A stretch of 24,214 nucleotides of DNA from a virus (Duplodnaviria > Heunggongvirae > Uroviricota > Caudoviricetes). The stretch lies in the IMG/VR virus record IMGVR_UViG_2695420649_000003. One strand, 5' to 3'. A program made the position numbers and the translations under genes. Positions 9,685-23,150 of the stretch are shown here, in pieces (positions within the stretch are counted from its first letter, which is position 1; every line of letters starts with the position of its first letter). Under the pieces are notes generated by a model. That model did not search any database. It was not told the DNA's origin and saw only the letters and a list, made by a program, of their open reading frames with translations.

Positions 9685-10013
9685 CAGTTCACCACCTGTT
9701 CAAACTCTGCGCTGAACTCAACACGCAGCATACTGACCCGCGACGACCATTTTGCGCAGGTCACCTTTATCTGCCGCCACTCATAAGGCGGCGTCCACAG
9801 AAAGGCTTTCCAGCCCCCGTGCTCTTCCAGAAACGACTCCAGTACCATGGCCTCCTCACGGGGGACAGAAAGCGTCACGCTGTACGTTTTCAGGTTGGCA
9901 TTCAGCCCGGCAGGCGCTCGCTGGGAATAGCCATCACCAAAGCGCACCTTTCTTACAGAAGGGGCCGAAGCCACATCCATACCGGGTTTCACTTTCCAGC
10001 GGAAGGTTTTCAT
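9684..10013 (-). CDS. M: Minor tail protein M, 109 aa
   Basis: MKTFRWKVKPGMDVAS...SAEFEQVVN matches lambda gpM as I recall it. Start overlaps the H stop (ATGA), end overlaps the L start by 1 nt, as in lambda. Confidence 0.93.
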   Translation of the reverse strand: MKTFRWKVKPGMDVASAPSVRKVRFGDGYSQRAPAGLNANLKTYSVTLSVPREEAMVLESFLEEHGGWKAFLWTPPYEWRQIKVTCAKWSSRVSMLRVEFSAEFEQVVN

Positions 10014-12571
10014 CGTCCACCTCCGGAGAACAGGCCACCATCACGCATCTGTGTCTGAATTTCATCACGGGCACCCTTGCGGGCCATGTCATACACGGCC
10101 TTCATCATCTGTGGACCTGGCAGACCATTCGTACCGTCGTTCTGAATCACCACGTGATTGTTCTGATTAAAATTAATGCCTTCAGCCCGCCGCATCTGCG
10201 CCGGACTTCCGGCACCGCCCACATAACCACCTTCCGCATAGCCGCGCATCAGCCGGTAGAGATTCCCCACGCCAATCCGGCTGGTTGCCTCCTTCGTGAA
10301 GACAAATTCACCACGGTGAACAATCCCCGCTGGCTCATATTTGCCGCCGGTTCCCGTAAATCCCCCGGTTGCAAAATGGAATTTCACCGCAGCGGCCTGA
10401 ATGGCTGTACCACCTGACGCGGATGCGCCGCCACCAACAGCCCCGCCAATGGCGCTGCCGATACTCCCGACAATCCCCACCATTGCCTGCTTAAGCAGAA
10501 TTTCTGTCATCATGGACAGCACGGAGCGGGTGAAGCTGCGCCAGTTCTGTTCACTGCCGGTCAGCATCGCCGCCATATTCTGTGCAATACCATCAAAGGT
10601 CTGCGTGGCTGCACTTTTAACCTGTGACATACTGTCCGTGGCGCTCTCTTCCCACTCACTCCAGCCGGACTTCAGGCCTGCCATCCAGCTCCCGCGAAGC
10701 TGGTCTTCAGCCGCCCAGGTCTTTTTCTGCTCTGACATGACGTTATTCAGCGCCAGAGGATTATCGCCATACTGTTCCTTCAGGCGCTGTTCCGTGGCTT
10801 CCCGCGCTGCCTGCCGGTCAGTCAGCCCCCGGTTTTTCGCATCAATGGCTGCCCGTTTTGCCCGTTGCTGCTGTGCGAATTTATCCGCCTGCTGCGCCAG
10901 CGCATTCAGGTGCTCCTGATACGTAACCTTGTCACCAAGTGCAGCCAGCTGGCGTTTGTACTCCAGCGTCTCGTCTTTATGCGCCAGCAGGGATTTCTCC
11001 TGTGCGGACAGCTGGCGACGTTGTGCCGCCTCCTCCAGTACCGCGAACTGACTTTCTGCCTTCCACAAATCCCGGCGCTGCTGGCTGATTTTCTCATTCG
11101 CTCCGGCATGCTTCTCCAGCGTCCGGAGTTCTGCCTGAAGCGTCAGCAGGGCCGCATGAGCACTGTCTTCCTGACGATCGCCCGCATACACCTTCACGCC
11201 GGACTGTTTCGGCTTTTTCAGCGTCGCTTCATAATCCTTTTTCGCCGCCGCCATCAGCGTGTTGTAATCTGCCTGCAGGATTTTTCCGTCTTTCAGTGCC
11301 TTGTTCAGTTCTTCCTGACGGGCGGTATATTTCTCCAGCGGCGTCTGCAGCCGTTCGTAAGCCTTCTGCGCCTCTTCGGTATATTTCAGCCGTGACGCTT
11401 CGGTATCGCTCTGCTGCTGCGCATTTTTGTCCTGTTGACGCTGTTGATCTACCCTCTTTTGGGCTGCATCCCGCTCCAGGCGTTTTTTTTCACGATCATC
11501 CCAGTAACGCGCCCGTGCTTCATCGTTAACGAAATAATCATCCTTGCGCAGATTCCAGATGTCGTCTGCTTTCTTAAACGCAGCCTCTGCCTTAATCAGC
11601 ATCTCCTGCGCGGTATCAGGACGACCAATATCCAGCACCGCATCCCACATGGATTTGAATGCACGTGCAGTCCTGTCTGCCCAGGTCTCCAGCGTGCCCA
11701 TGTTCTCTTTCAGGCGGCGGGTCTGGTCATCAAACCCTTTCGTTGCGGCCTCGTTCGCCGCCTGCAATGCCCCGGCTTCATCGCCGGAACGCTGCAACTG
11801 AGCAACATACGCAATCTGCTCCGCCGTCACGTTATGGAACTGGCGTGCCATCGCCGTCAGCCCCGACGTCGGGTCTGTGGTCAGCTTCCCGAAGGCTTCA
11901 GCGACCTTGTCCACCTCCACGCCGGATGCATAGGAGAAACGCGCCACACTCTGGCTGATGGACGCAATCTGAGCCTCACCGCTTACCCCCGCCTTAACCA
12001 GTGCGCTGAGTGACTCGCTGGTCTGGTTAAACGTCAGCCCTGCCGCCTGCCCGGCTCTGGACAGGACCAGCATACGATCTGCCGTCAGTCCCGCCTGATT
12101 ACCGGAAAGGACCAGCGTTTTGTTGAAATCGGACAGGGTTGAGTTGCCCTGATACCAGGCATACGCCAGCGCACCGGTCGCCACCGCCAGCGAGGTGGCC
12201 CCCACCATCGGCAGGGTGATCGCGCCGGCAAGCCCCCTGAACATGGGGATCATCCCGCCGAAGGAGTCCTTAACCTGACCACCCTGTTGCAGCAGGATCA
12301 GCCAGGGATTCTGCCCCCCTGCAAGCTGCGTGGCCACGTCGGTGAACTGTGCAGGCAGCATACGCATGGCGGCTTTATACTGCCCGACGGAAATCCCCGC
12401 TTTCTGTGCAGCCAGCGCCTGTCGGCTCAGCGACTGTTCAACGACTGCCGCTGTTTTTTTCGCATCACTTTCCGTACCGGAAAAATGACGCCTGACTCTG
12501 GCCATCTGCTCGTCAAATCTGGCCGCATCCAGACTCAAATCAACGACCAGATCGCCTACCGGTTCAGCCAT
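10010..12571 (-). CDS. H: Tail tape measure protein H, 853 aa
   Basis: Same length as lambda gpH. Long coiled-coil-rich central region (Q/R/E/A/K-rich), Gly-rich hydrophobic segment near the C-terminus. Position between T and M. Confidence 0.95.
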   Translation of the reverse strand: MAEPVGDLVVDLSLDAARFDEQMARVRRHFSGTESDAKKTAAVVEQSLSRQALAAQKAGISVGQYKAAMRMLPAQFTDVATQLAGGQNPWLILLQQGGQVKDSFGGMIPMFRGLAGAITLPMVGATSLAVATGALAYAWYQGNSTLSDFNKTLVLSGNQAGLTADRMLVLSRAGQAAGLTFNQTSESLSALVKAGVSGEAQIASISQSVARFSYASGVEVDKVAEAFGKLTTDPTSGLTAMARQFHNVTAEQIAYVAQLQRSGDEAGALQAANEAATKGFDDQTRRLKENMGTLETWADRTARAFKSMWDAVLDIGRPDTAQEMLIKAEAAFKKADDIWNLRKDDYFVNDEARARYWDDREKKRLERDAAQKRVDQQRQQDKNAQQQSDTEASRLKYTEEAQKAYERLQTPLEKYTARQEELNKALKDGKILQADYNTLMAAAKKDYEATLKKPKQSGVKVYAGDRQEDSAHAALLTLQAELRTLEKHAGANEKISQQRRDLWKAESQFAVLEEAAQRRQLSAQEKSLLAHKDETLEYKRQLAALGDKVTYQEHLNALAQQADKFAQQQRAKRAAIDAKNRGLTDRQAAREATEQRLKEQYGDNPLALNNVMSEQKKTWAAEDQLRGSWMAGLKSGWSEWEESATDSMSQVKSAATQTFDGIAQNMAAMLTGSEQNWRSFTRSVLSMMTEILLKQAMVGIVGSIGSAIGGAVGGGASASGGTAIQAAAVKFHFATGGFTGTGGKYEPAGIVHRGEFVFTKEATSRIGVGNLYRLMRGYAEGGYVGGAGSPAQMRRAEGINFNQNNHVVIQNDGTNGLPGPQMMKAVYDMARKGARDEIQTQMRDGGLFSGGGR

Positions 12572-12998
12572 ACCGGACTCCTCCTGCGATCCCTTCTGAT
12601 ACTGTCATCAGCATTACGTCATCCTCCGTCATGTCCGCCACATCCGGGGAAGCGGGGATAACTTCATTCCCGTCCGGGCCAAAGCGGACACCTCCGGCAA
12701 GCCCTGCCGCTTTCTGCATCAGCACATCATCTTCAGGCTCTTCGTCAGCCTCGCGCCGGTTCAGCAGACTGAAATCCAGCGGATGCATCTCCGGATCGCT
12801 GAAAAACAGGCTGAGCACGGTGTACGTCAGCCCGGAAAAGTGCATATCCAGCAGAACATCATGAAAATAATGGGTACTGTAAAAGCGGTGCCAGTCGGCA
12901 TACTCCGTGGATGACATCCCGGCAAGCATGGCGCGCCAGTCGGGTCGCCCCATCTCACGCGCCAGTTTCAGGGCAAAACTCAGCTCACCGTCGAACAC
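12564..12998 (-). CDS. T: T reading frame, expressed as the G-T fusion tail assembly chaperone by -1 programmed frameshift
   Basis: Frame -1 relative to G, beginning at the slippery site. Encodes VFDGELSFALKLAREMGRPDWRAMLAGMSSTEYADWHRFY..., matching the lambda gpGT C-terminal part as I recall it. No independent start or RBS expected. Confidence 0.85.
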   Translation of the reverse strand: MFDGELSFALKLAREMGRPDWRAMLAGMSSTEYADWHRFYSTHYFHDVLLDMHFSGLTYTVLSLFFSDPEMHPLDFSLLNRREADEEPEDDVLMQKAAGLAGGVRFGPDGNEVIPASPDVADMTEDDVMLMTVSEGIAGGVRYG

Positions 12999-13402
12999 TT
13001 TCCCGCAGAAACAGGCTCTGCAGGCCCGGCGTCCTCTGCCTGTTCAGGAGCATCATTCACCACAAACTCATACATACCGGACAGCCGGTACACCACGTTT
13101 TCAGCATGAGAAATTGCCTCTGTGGGCCAGGTGGTAAGCACTTCCTGCTCAATCTGTTTAACGGCTTCATTCATGGACGGCATCTGCGTCTTCTTCGGAT
13201 GGTTATGCCACAGGGACATCGCAACCACAAAAGCGCCGGTTCTGATGGCGTCTTCCACAGTAAACTTCCGGTTGCTGTCTGACTCCGCCTGTTCTGCCTG
13301 CCGTTTCATCAGGTCGAGATGCTCAATACGCTGCAGGGCTGACAGTTCAGAAAGCGTGACGGTCACACCGTTATGTTCAAATGATTCGGTTTTCAGGAAC
13401 AT
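12980..13402 (-). CDS. G: Tail assembly chaperone G, 140 aa
   Basis: MFLKTESFEHNGVTVTLSELSALQRIEHL...SAGKCSTVS matches lambda gpG as I recall it. Confidence 0.93.
   Translation of the reverse strand: MFLKTESFEHNGVTVTLSELSALQRIEHLDLMKRQAEQAESDSNRKFTVEDAIRTGAFVVAMSLWHNHPKKTQMPSMNEAVKQIEQEVLTTWPTEAISHAENVVYRLSGMYEFVVNDAPEQAEDAGPAEPVSAGKCSTVS
12998..13004 (-). other. Programmed -1 ribosomal frameshift slippery heptamer G GGA AAG (G to G-T)
   Basis: Plus strand CTTTCCC at 12998..13004 is the reverse complement of GGGAAAG. It sits at codons Gly-Lys six codons before the G stop, exactly as in lambda G/GT. Confidence 0.85.
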
Positions 13403-13417
13403 CGCTGACTCTCCGGA

Positions 13418-14158
13418 TTAACTGGCGGTGACGTTGATTTCTGCAACCGCAGCAAACTCACCATTACCAGATACGACCGGAATGTTGACCTTGCCTGCAG
13501 CAACACCTTTCACGGTGATGGTCATACCACTGACCGACACGGTGGCTTTTGTTTTATCCGCAGACACCGCACGGAAGCTCTTGTCGGTTGCGCCATCCGG
13601 CTGGAATGCCACGGTCAGCGTGGTGCTCTGCCCTTTCACTACGGAAGCACTGGCGGGTGTCACCGTCATGCCGGTCGTCGCCGTCACCGTGCTGCGATCT
13701 TCTGCCATCGACGGACGTCCCACATTGGTGACCTTCACCGTGCGGGTAATCACCTCCTTCGCCGTCACCGCCTTACCGATACTGCTGACCCAGCCACGGA
13801 ACACATCGACCGTGCCGTTCGGGAAGCGGATTTTATAGGCACGGGTATCACCTTCATTAAACCACGCCAGCAGCGCCTGCTGCCCCTGCTCTCCGGGCAT
13901 CCACGCCAGCGTGAAGCTGGTATCTCCGGCAGATTTCTGCCCCTGCCCGGTCGCAGTCCAGTCTGCATCTTCATCATCGAGATAGCTGTCGTCATAGGAC
14001 TCAGCGGTCAGTTCGCCGGGCGTCAGGTCTTTAACTTTTGCCAGACGCGACCAGTCAACGTCTGAAAGCGGGTTCGCATAAGGGTCACCGCTCCCCTTAT
14101 AAACCCACAGGGTGGTCCCGGCACCTTTCACCGGCATTGTAGGATTTGGTACAGGCAT
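13418..14158 (-). CDS. V: Major tail protein V, 246 aa, with C-terminal Ig-like domain
   Basis: Chosen start [24 protein letters not shown]... matches lambda gpV; the ORF-track ORF extends 10 codons upstream into U. C-terminal ~80 aa is Thr/Val/Ser-rich, consistent with a Big_2-type Ig-like domain. Confidence 0.93.
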   Translation of the reverse strand: MPVPNPTMPVKGAGTTLWVYKGSGDPYANPLSDVDWSRLAKVKDLTPGELTAESYDDSYLDDEDADWTATGQGQKSAGDTSFTLAWMPGEQGQQALLAWFNEGDTRAYKIRFPNGTVDVFRGWVSSIGKAVTAKEVITRTVKVTNVGRPSMAEDRSTVTATTGMTVTPASASVVKGQSTTLTVAFQPDGATDKSFRAVSADKTKATVSVSGMTITVKGVAAGKVNIPVVSGNGEFAAVAEINVTAS

Positions 14159-14165
14159 AGCGTCC

Positions 14166-14561
14166 TCACATTTCATAGATAATGACATAAGTCAGATCGG
14201 CTGAACTCCACAGGCCCGCATCATCGTCGCGCCGGTAGTCATAGCCGCTGGCCACCATACTGGTGATCAAATCTGACAGTGCCGGGATATCGCTCATCAC
14301 AGGATAAATCCGGGACTCCATCCACGAATCCAGCTCTGAATCCGGCACCTGAGCAGGCAGGAAAACTTCAATATGCAGCTCCGCCTGCCAGGTATCGCTG
14401 TCCAGCTCTTCGCCCGTGTATTCAGCGCCGGTGAGATAAACGGCAATTGCCGGAAAATCTTCCTCATCAAAAACAGCGGGGCGACCATCAAAAAGCGTCG
14501 CCCCGGTGTCATGCTTCTCCAGTGCATCCAGTACGGCTGCACGGAGTTCAGTATGTTTCAT
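14166..14561 (-). CDS. U: Tail terminator protein U, 131 aa
   Basis: [78 protein letters not shown]... matches lambda gpU as I recall it. Confidence 0.93.
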   Translation of the reverse strand: MKHTELRAAVLDALEKHDTGATLFDGRPAVFDEEDFPAIAVYLTGAEYTGEELDSDTWQAELHIEVFLPAQVPDSELDSWMESRIYPVMSDIPALSDLITSMVASGYDYRRDDDAGLWSSADLTYVIIYEM

Positions 14562-15136
14562 CGCTTTATTACCATTCTCAGTTGATGCTGCAGCGCATAG
14601 CCCAGCTCTTTCGGAAGACGTTCACGCCGTATCCGTTCAATATTCTGTTTAAACGCCGTGGTCAGCGGCACCGCCATCGGGATTTTCACCACATCAATGG
14701 GGTAACGGTTTTTCCCGGCCACACGCTGCATAACATGCCACCGGCCGTTTTTCAGTTGCTGAATAAACGCGCCGGGAATACGACGGTTACCCACCACAAG
14801 CACGCTGCCGCCACCTTTCAGGGATGAACGCTGCCCCTTTTTATGACGCCTGCGGCGGGACAGGACAACCCGCGCATTACCCAGCTTGATTACGGGCAAA
14901 TCCCCCCGGTTAACTTTGATTCTGGCCTGCGGATTTTTGACCGTGGCCCTTTTCAGCCTGGCCCTTTCCTTTACCAGTTTCCGGCGTACCTTTGTCTCAC
15001 GGGCAACCTGTGACGCAGACTGCGATATCGCGGATGAAGCAACGCGGTTAATGGCCATTGCGGCGGCACCGGGCACCGCCGTTTTGCTGATACGGCTGAG
15101 GTTTTCAACGGCCTGCTCAAGACCTTTTATGGCCAT
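14558..15136 (-). CDS. Z: Tail completion protein Z, 192 aa
   Basis: MAIKGLEQAVENLSRISKTAVPGAAAMAINRVASSAISQSASQVARETKVRRK... matches lambda gpZ as I recall it. Overlaps the U start by 4 nt. Confidence 0.93.
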   Translation of the reverse strand: MAIKGLEQAVENLSRISKTAVPGAAAMAINRVASSAISQSASQVARETKVRRKLVKERARLKRATVKNPQARIKVNRGDLPVIKLGNARVVLSRRRRHKKGQRSSLKGGGSVLVVGNRRIPGAFIQQLKNGRWHVMQRVAGKNRYPIDVVKIPMAVPLTTAFKQNIERIRRERLPKELGYALQHQLRMVIKR

Positions 15137-15147
15137 ACATCCCCCTT

Positions 15148-15501
15148 TCAGCGGCGACGGTTAACGGCAGGCGGTACGCCCCGTCCAAGCCAGAGATGAC
15201 AACTTCCGCCATCATCCGGCGAAACCCGATCTACCCAGAAATTTTCCTCACCGATGGTCAGCGTGTCTCCACGCCGCAGCTGCCGCACCTCATCAGTCCG
15301 GACAAACAGGGACGGGCTGGAGCCTTCAACGCGCACGCCCTGTCCGGCATAGCTGATATTTTCAGGGTCATCAAAAACACCACGTATCACCGCACCTGAC
15401 TGCTCACCGGATGTCATGGTGGCTGACGTTCCCATGTACCCGCGTATCGTTTCATCGGCGCGGGCAATGGCAGCATCGAACAGGTTATCGAAATCAGCCA
15501 C
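15148..15501 (-). CDS. FII: Head-tail joining / head completion protein FII, 117 aa
   Basis: MADFDNLFDAAIARADETIRGYMGTSATMTSGEQSGAVIRGVFDDPENISYAGQGVRVEGSSPSLFVRTDEVRQLRRGDTL... matches lambda gpFII as I recall it. Confidence 0.93.
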   Translation of the reverse strand: MADFDNLFDAAIARADETIRGYMGTSATMTSGEQSGAVIRGVFDDPENISYAGQGVRVEGSSPSLFVRTDEVRQLRRGDTLTIGEENFWVDRVSPDDGGSCHLWLGRGVPPAVNRRR

Positions 15502-15512
15502 AGCGCCTCCCG

Positions 15513-15911
15513 TTATTGCATTCTGGCCAGGCCGCGCTCTGTCATTTCGGCTGCCACACCGGCAGAGACACGAAACGCCGTTCCCGGCAGCACAAATGCC
15601 ACAGGTTTATCCCGCGTGGCGTGAAGTGCATCAGTATGCAGCGTCACCAGTGCCACGACCGTGACCAGTTCAGCCGTATCCTGAATCACGGTATCCGGCT
15701 GCGCTGATACCACCTCATTTTCATGCCCGGTCAGCACATTTTCCCGGCTGAGAGGGGTGTCCTGACCGGCAGTTTCATCCGTGTCATCAAGCTCTTCTTC
15801 CAGCTCTGCCACACGAAGCGCCAGTTCTTCTTTCGTTCCCGTCAAACTGACATCGCGGTTCAATTGCTCACCCAGCTCCTGAAGACGGGCAATCAGTTCA
15901 TCTTTCGTCAT
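15513..15911 (-). CDS. FI: DNA packaging protein FI, 132 aa
   Basis: Chosen start MTKDELIARLQELGEQLNRDVSLTGTKEELALRVAELEEELDDTDETAGQ... matches lambda gpFI; the ORF-track ORF has 13 extra upstream codons. Confidence 0.9.
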   Translation of the reverse strand: MTKDELIARLQELGEQLNRDVSLTGTKEELALRVAELEEELDDTDETAGQDTPLSRENVLTGHENEVVSAQPDTVIQDTAELVTVVALVTLHTDALHATRDKPVAFVLPGTAFRVSAGVAAEMTERGLARMQ

Positions 15912-15952
15912 GAACTCCTCCACAGAGAGAAAATGGCCCCGAAGGGCCATGA

Positions 15953-16978
15953 TTACGCCAGTTGAACGGACACGAACTCATCAGGATCAGCCAGCAGCAT
16001 CAGCGGTGCTGACTGAATCATGGTGAACTCACGCGCCGGATCGCCGGTGGTCACCCAGTTTTTCGGGTAACGGGCAGAAGCGTTAATGCCTTCGCGCTGT
16101 GCGTCCGCATCCTGAATGCAGCCATAGGTGCGCAGACCGCGAGCCTGAGTGTTCCCCAGCACCATCGTGTTGTCCGGCAGGAAGTTCTTTTTGACGCCGT
16201 TTTCCACGTACTGTCCGGAATACACGACGATGGCCACATCGCCATACATTCCCTTATAGGACACCGCTTTGCCCAGGTCTTTTACCGCTGTCTCCAGCTC
16301 GGAATGAGAGCCGCGACGGGTATCCAGCTTCTCCTTGACGGCTTTGAAGGAACGGAACAGCGCCCAGCCTTTCGGGTCAAACACGATGATATTCACCACA
16401 CCGCTGGCGTTCAGCGCGTAGGCTTCGATATCGTCGGTCGGGTCATACGTGGACTTGTCACGCTTGCTCCACTCCGTGACGCCGGACTGTGTGATGTTGT
16501 TCGCCGCACTGCGGCCCATATCCACCTCAACCGGATCGAAGGCTTCACCGGTCATGGTGTATTTGCCCTTGAGCACGGCAGAAACTGCCTGCATCTCTTC
16601 GACCTGAGCAATGGCCAGCTCTTCGTCACGCATGTTCTGCATGATGATGCGACGGCGGCGGTAAGCCGGGTCCGCCAGATTCTGCGGATCTTCATCCGGC
16701 AGGCGACGCAGGGTCATCTGCGGATTCACCTCATGCTTGGGTTTGACATATCCCGGCGTAAATTCAGAGGTGGAGCCGCCACGGGAACGGATAACCTCAC
16801 CGGAAACAATCGGCGAAACGTACAGCGCCATGTTTACCAGTCCCGGAATTTGTGAGAGATAGACTTTCTCCGTAGTGAAGGGATAGCTCTCACGGAAAAA
16901 GAGACGCAGAAACAGCGGATCAAACTTAAATTTCTGCTCATTTGCCGCCAGCAGCTGGGCGGTTGTGTACATCGACAT
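15953..16978 (-). CDS. E: Major capsid protein E, 341 aa
   Basis: Chosen start MSMYTTAQLLAANEQKFKFDPLFLRLFFRESYPFTTEKVYLSQIPGLVNMALYVSPIVSGEVIRSRGG... matches lambda gpE; the ORF-track ORF has 9 extra upstream codons. Confidence 0.95.
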   Translation of the reverse strand: MSMYTTAQLLAANEQKFKFDPLFLRLFFRESYPFTTEKVYLSQIPGLVNMALYVSPIVSGEVIRSRGGSTSEFTPGYVKPKHEVNPQMTLRRLPDEDPQNLADPAYRRRRIIMQNMRDEELAIAQVEEMQAVSAVLKGKYTMTGEAFDPVEVDMGRSAANNITQSGVTEWSKRDKSTYDPTDDIEAYALNASGVVNIIVFDPKGWALFRSFKAVKEKLDTRRGSHSELETAVKDLGKAVSYKGMYGDVAIVVYSGQYVENGVKKNFLPDNTMVLGNTQARGLRTYGCIQDADAQREGINASARYPKNWVTTGDPAREFTMIQSAPLMLLADPDEFVSVQLA

Positions 16979-17033
16979 AAAAAAATCCCGTAAAAAAAGC
17001 CACACAGGCGGCCTTTAGTGATGAAGGGTAAAG

Positions 17034-17366
17034 TTAAACGATGCTGATTGCCGTTCCGGCAAACACGGTCCGTTTTTTCGTCTCGTCGCTGGCAGCCTCC
17101 GGCCAGAGCACATCCTCATAACGGAACGTGCCGGACTTGTAGAACGTCAGTGTGGTGCTGGTCTGGTCAGCAGCAACCGCAAGAATGCCAACGGCAGCAC
17201 CGTCGGTGGTGCCATCCCACGCAACCAGCTTACGGGTGGAGGTGTCCAGCATCAGCGGGGTCATTGCAGGCGCTTTCGCACTCAATCCGCCGGGCGCGGT
17301 TGCGGTATGAGCCGGGTCACTATTGCCCAGCGGCTGGTAATGGGTAAAGGTTTCTTTGCTCGTCAT
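17034..17366 (-). CDS. D: Head decoration protein D, 110 aa
   Basis: Chosen start [43 protein letters not shown]...FAGTAISIV matches lambda gpD as I recall it. Confidence 0.95.
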   Translation of the reverse strand: MTSKETFTHYQPLGNSDPAHTATAPGGLSAKAPAMTPLMLDTSTRKLVAWDGTTDGAAVGILAVAADQTSTTLTFYKSGTFRYEDVLWPEAASDETKKRTVFAGTAISIV

Positions 17367-17375
17367 AAACATCCC

Positions 17376-17981
17376 TTACACTGGTGTGTTCAGCAAATCG
17401 TTAACGGCATCAGATGCCGGGTTACCTGCAGCCAGCGGTGCCGGTGCCCCCTGCATCAGACGATCCAGCGCAGTGTCACTGCGCGTCTGTGCACTCTGTG
17501 GTGCTGCGGCCAGAATACGGCGGGCCGTTTCCACGGTCATACCGGGGGTTTCGGCCAGCACGCGTGCCTGTTCTTCGCGTCCGTGAGCCTCCTCACAGTT
17601 GAGGATCCCCATAATGCGACTGTTTTCTGCCGCAACCGCTGCGGTGATCTGCGCGTTCACGTCCGGCTGCGCCGCGCTGGCGTTCTCGCCCTCCGTCGCT
17701 TGCACCACGCCAGTAACGTCAGCCTGCGAAGCAGTGGCTGAAACAGTTGTTGATTGAGTCTCTTTGGTCATTCGCCCTCCTGAGAGACGGGATTTACGTG
17801 CATCCAGTGCATCACGCATGACGGTGATCGCATCGGTACTGTTAACAAGTTCATCAGCCAGTCCGGCATCAATGGCCTCCTGACCGCTGTACACTGCAGC
17901 CTCGGTATCCAGCACAGCCTGCACGGACAGGCCGGTATATGCCGACACCTTCTGTGCAAACATCCGGCGGGTTGCATCCAT
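17376..17981 (-). CDS. nu3: Scaffolding protein Nu3, in-frame internal start within C, 201 aa
   Basis: Internal Met (MDATRRMFAQKVSAYTGLSVQ...) at the codon equivalent to C residue 239, sharing the C stop. Corresponds to the nested C/nu3 arrangement known in lambda. Confidence 0.75.
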   Translation of the reverse strand: MDATRRMFAQKVSAYTGLSVQAVLDTEAAVYSGQEAIDAGLADELVNSTDAITVMRDALDARKSRLSGGRMTKETQSTTVSATASQADVTGVVQATEGENASAAQPDVNAQITAAVAAENSRIMGILNCEEAHGREEQARVLAETPGMTVETARRILAAAPQSAQTRSDTALDRLMQGAPAPLAAGNPASDAVNDLLNTPV

Positions 17982-18675
17982 CCGGGACTGCAATGTTTCC
18001 CGGACATCATCCGGTAGATGGCTGTAGGGGTTGCCATCCACCTTATGGCTGCCGCTGTAAATCAGCGTGATTTCCACGCCCTGTTTCTCCAGTGCAGCGC
18101 CGTAATTACTGTGAGCCATCATGACGCCGATGGAGCCTGTCCGGGCGGTCTGCGTGACCAGACGCCGGGAGGCGGCACTGGCAAGCAGCTGACCTGCGCT
18201 GCAGTTCATGTCATTGGCCAGCGCCCATACCGGCTTTATGTCACGCACACGGGCGATGATGTCAGCGCAGTCAAATGCTCCCGCCACCATTCCGCCCGGT
18301 GTGTCCATATCGAGCAGAATGCCGTCCACCATCGGGTCGCTGGCAGCCTGTTGCAGACGGGCGATAATGCCGTTGTAACCGGTCATCCCCGAGTACGGCT
18401 GCAGCGCCCGCGTCCGGCTGACCAGCGTGCCGGACACCGGCAGCACGGCGATGCCGTTCATTACCTGATAACTGCGGGCCTGTCGTGGTCCGTCATCATC
18501 ACCGGATAACGCCAGCGCCGCGGGTGCCTCTCCGGCAGTCAGGCTGTCGCCGGATACTGCATCCGTCAGGCAGCTGATCCCAAGCTGGCCTGCAAGCGCA
18601 CAAAAGAAAACCCGCGCATAGGCGGGTTCAAGCATCAGCGGCTCATTAAAAGCCATGCTGGCAATATGCGGGAGA

Positions 18676-18695
<20 letters not shown>
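17376..18695 (-). CDS. C: Capsid assembly / head maturation protease C (ClpP/SppA-like fold), 439 aa, GTG start
   Basis: Protein from the GTG codon at 18695 reads (M)TAELRNLPHIASMAFNEPLMLEPAYARVFF..., matching lambda gpC. Start overlaps the B 3' end by 20 nt, as in lambda. The ORF-track ORF extends 45 codons further upstream into B. Confidence 0.9.
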
Positions 18696-22376
<3,681 letters not shown>

Positions 22377-22402
<26 letters not shown>

Positions 22403-22922
22403 TCAGCAACCCCGGTATCAGTTCATCCAGCGCGGCTGCTTTGTTCATGGCTTTGATGATATCCCGTTTCAGGAAATCAACATGTCGGTTTTCCAGTTCC
22501 GGAAAACGCCGCTGCACCGACAGGGGGATCCCGTCGAGAATACTGGCAATTTCACCTGCGATCCGCGACAGCACGAAAGTACAGAATGCGGTTTCCACCA
22601 CTTCAGCGGAGTCTCTGGCATTTTTCAGCTCCTGTGCGTCGGCCTGCGCACGCGTAAGTCGATGGCGTTCGTACTCAATAGTCCCTGGCTGGAGATCTGT
22701 CTCGCTGGCCTGCCGCAGTTCTTCAACTTCCCGGCGCAGCTTTTCGTTCTCAATTTCAGCATCCCTTTCGGCATACCATCTTATAACGGCGGCAGAGTCA
22801 TAAAGCACCTCATTACCCTTGCCACCGCCTCGCAGAACGGGCATTCCCTGTTCCTGCCAGTTCTGAATGGTACGGATACTCGCACCGAAAATGTCAGCCA
22901 GCTGCTTTTTGTTGACTTCCAT
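22377..22922 (-). CDS. nu1: Terminase small subunit Nu1, 181 aa
   Basis: MEVNKKQLADIFGASIRTIQNWQEQGMPVLRGGGKGNEVLYDSAAVIRWYAERDAEIENEKLRREVEELRQ... matches lambda Nu1 as I recall it. Winged-HTH N-terminus; sits immediately downstream of cosB. Confidence 0.95.
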
Positions 22923-22939
22923 TGTTCATTCCACGGACA

Positions 22940-23075
22940 AAAACAGAGAAAGGAAACGACAGAGGCCAAAAAGCCCGTTTTCAGCACCTGTCGTTTCCTT
23001 TCTTTTCAGGGGGTGTTTTAAATAAAAACATTAGGTTACGGCGAAGAAGAACGGAAACGCCTTAAACCGGAAAAT
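22940..23075 (-). promoter_or_regulatory. cosB: Nu1-binding R-elements (R1 ~22944..22964, R2 ~22985..23002, R3 ~23044..23062) and AT-rich IHF site I1 (~23013..23038)
   Basis: Three copies of the GGAAACG(A/C)C / GTCGTTTCC core in the lambda arrangement (two in one orientation, one inverted), with an AT-rich block ttttaaataaaaacattaggtta between R3 and R2. Lies between cosN and the nu1 start. Confidence 0.7.
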
Positions 23076-23099
23076 TGTCATAAATAGCGAAAACCCGCG

Positions 23100-23111
23100 C
23101 GCCTTCCGCCC
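23100..23111 (-). promoter_or_regulatory. cosN-equivalent 12-mer (terminase nicking site); minus-strand sequence GGGCGGAAGGCG
   Basis: Flanks match my recollection of the lambda left end (…CGCGGGTTTTCGCTATTTATG…) and right end (…GGTTACG). In the lambda register the 12-mer reads GGGCGG-AAGGCG against lambda GGGCGG-CGACCT. Confidence 0.6.
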
Positions 23112-23150
23112 CGTAACCTGTCGGATCGCCGGAAAGGACCCGCAAAATGA
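23112..23150 (-). promoter_or_regulatory. cosQ-side region (right-end sequence adjacent to cosN)
   Basis: Sequence cgtaacctgtcggatcgccggaaaggacc is adjacent to cosN on the side opposite cosB, corresponding to the lambda right-end terminus (...GGTCCTTTCCGGTGATCCGACAGGTTACG). Exact cosQ limits not determined. Confidence 0.45.

Noticed and set aside
9752-10417. 221-aa plus-strand ORF, and the similar 10401..10919, 10865..11395 and 11435..12013 ORFs
   Set aside because: All are antisense within M and H; typical open antisense frames of a high-GC coding region.
18018-18509. 163-aa plus-strand ORF
   Set aside because: Antisense to C/nu3; no start context or homology.
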